DNA of 24,802 nucleotides from Gloeobacterales cyanobacterium (GTDB lineage Bacteria > Cyanobacteriota > Cyanobacteriia > Gloeobacterales > PMM-0068), in assembly GCA_038245785.1 (NCBI GenBank), contig JBBRSB010000043.1, forward strand, positions 1 through 24,802, written 5' to 3'. A model generated the notes under the pieces. It made no database searches, was not told the DNA's origin, and saw only the letters and a list, made by a program, of their open reading frames with translations. Below are positions 24,671 through 24,802 of this stretch, one piece after another (position 1 is the stretch's first letter; every line of letters starts with the position of its first letter). Position numbers and translations under genes: made by a program.

Positions 24671-24802
24671 AGACGACCACTAGAAAGGCAGAGGAGACGA
24701 CTATGCATGCGATGACAGGAATCATGTCTACTAACATATGGTTCGCTCCTCCCCATCACCCCTAGACCGATTGAAGAAGGGCTTAAAGTAAAAAAGCGGA
24801 AG

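Noticed and set aside
24671..24802. Possible 3' end of a further cassette gene upstream of the last attC
   Set aside because: Only a short hydrophobic frame ending at the degenerate inverse core; not enough sequence to support a call.

Overview
This looks like a cyanobacterial plasmid or island region, judged from gene families (DUF29, Rpn/DUF2887, Nif11-like, FinO-like, cyanobacterial CobA-like NTPase); the host cannot be named. In order, the window holds: (1) a translationally coupled minus-strand operon (Dam-type methylase, CobA-like protein, small ORFs) divergent from an HTH repressor; (2) a non-coding block with hairpins, a degenerate CRISPR-like mini-array and a 2+2 set of perfect 19-bp iteron-like repeats; (3) TA genes, an Rpn nuclease and a Rep-like gene broken by two in-frame TGAs; (4) an HTH-effector gene split by an IS200 element and coupled to an L-asparaginase gene; (5) a second orphan array with 37-nt repeats shaped like type V-K repeats and 30-33 nt spacers, with no cas genes in the window; (6) cargo enzymes between duplicated FinO-like segments; (7) from about 17.9 kb, an integrase-less integron cassette array (CALIN) with a TnpB-only IS605 insertion and an unusual 218-bp four-dyad boundary element. 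Tiny 15-27 nt repeats are scattered through the left two-thirds. They insert into genes, IS ends, the CRISPR-like repeats and each other, which hides the arrays. Several genes carry single nonsense codons. All calls were made by eye from sequence and motifs; no searches were run.
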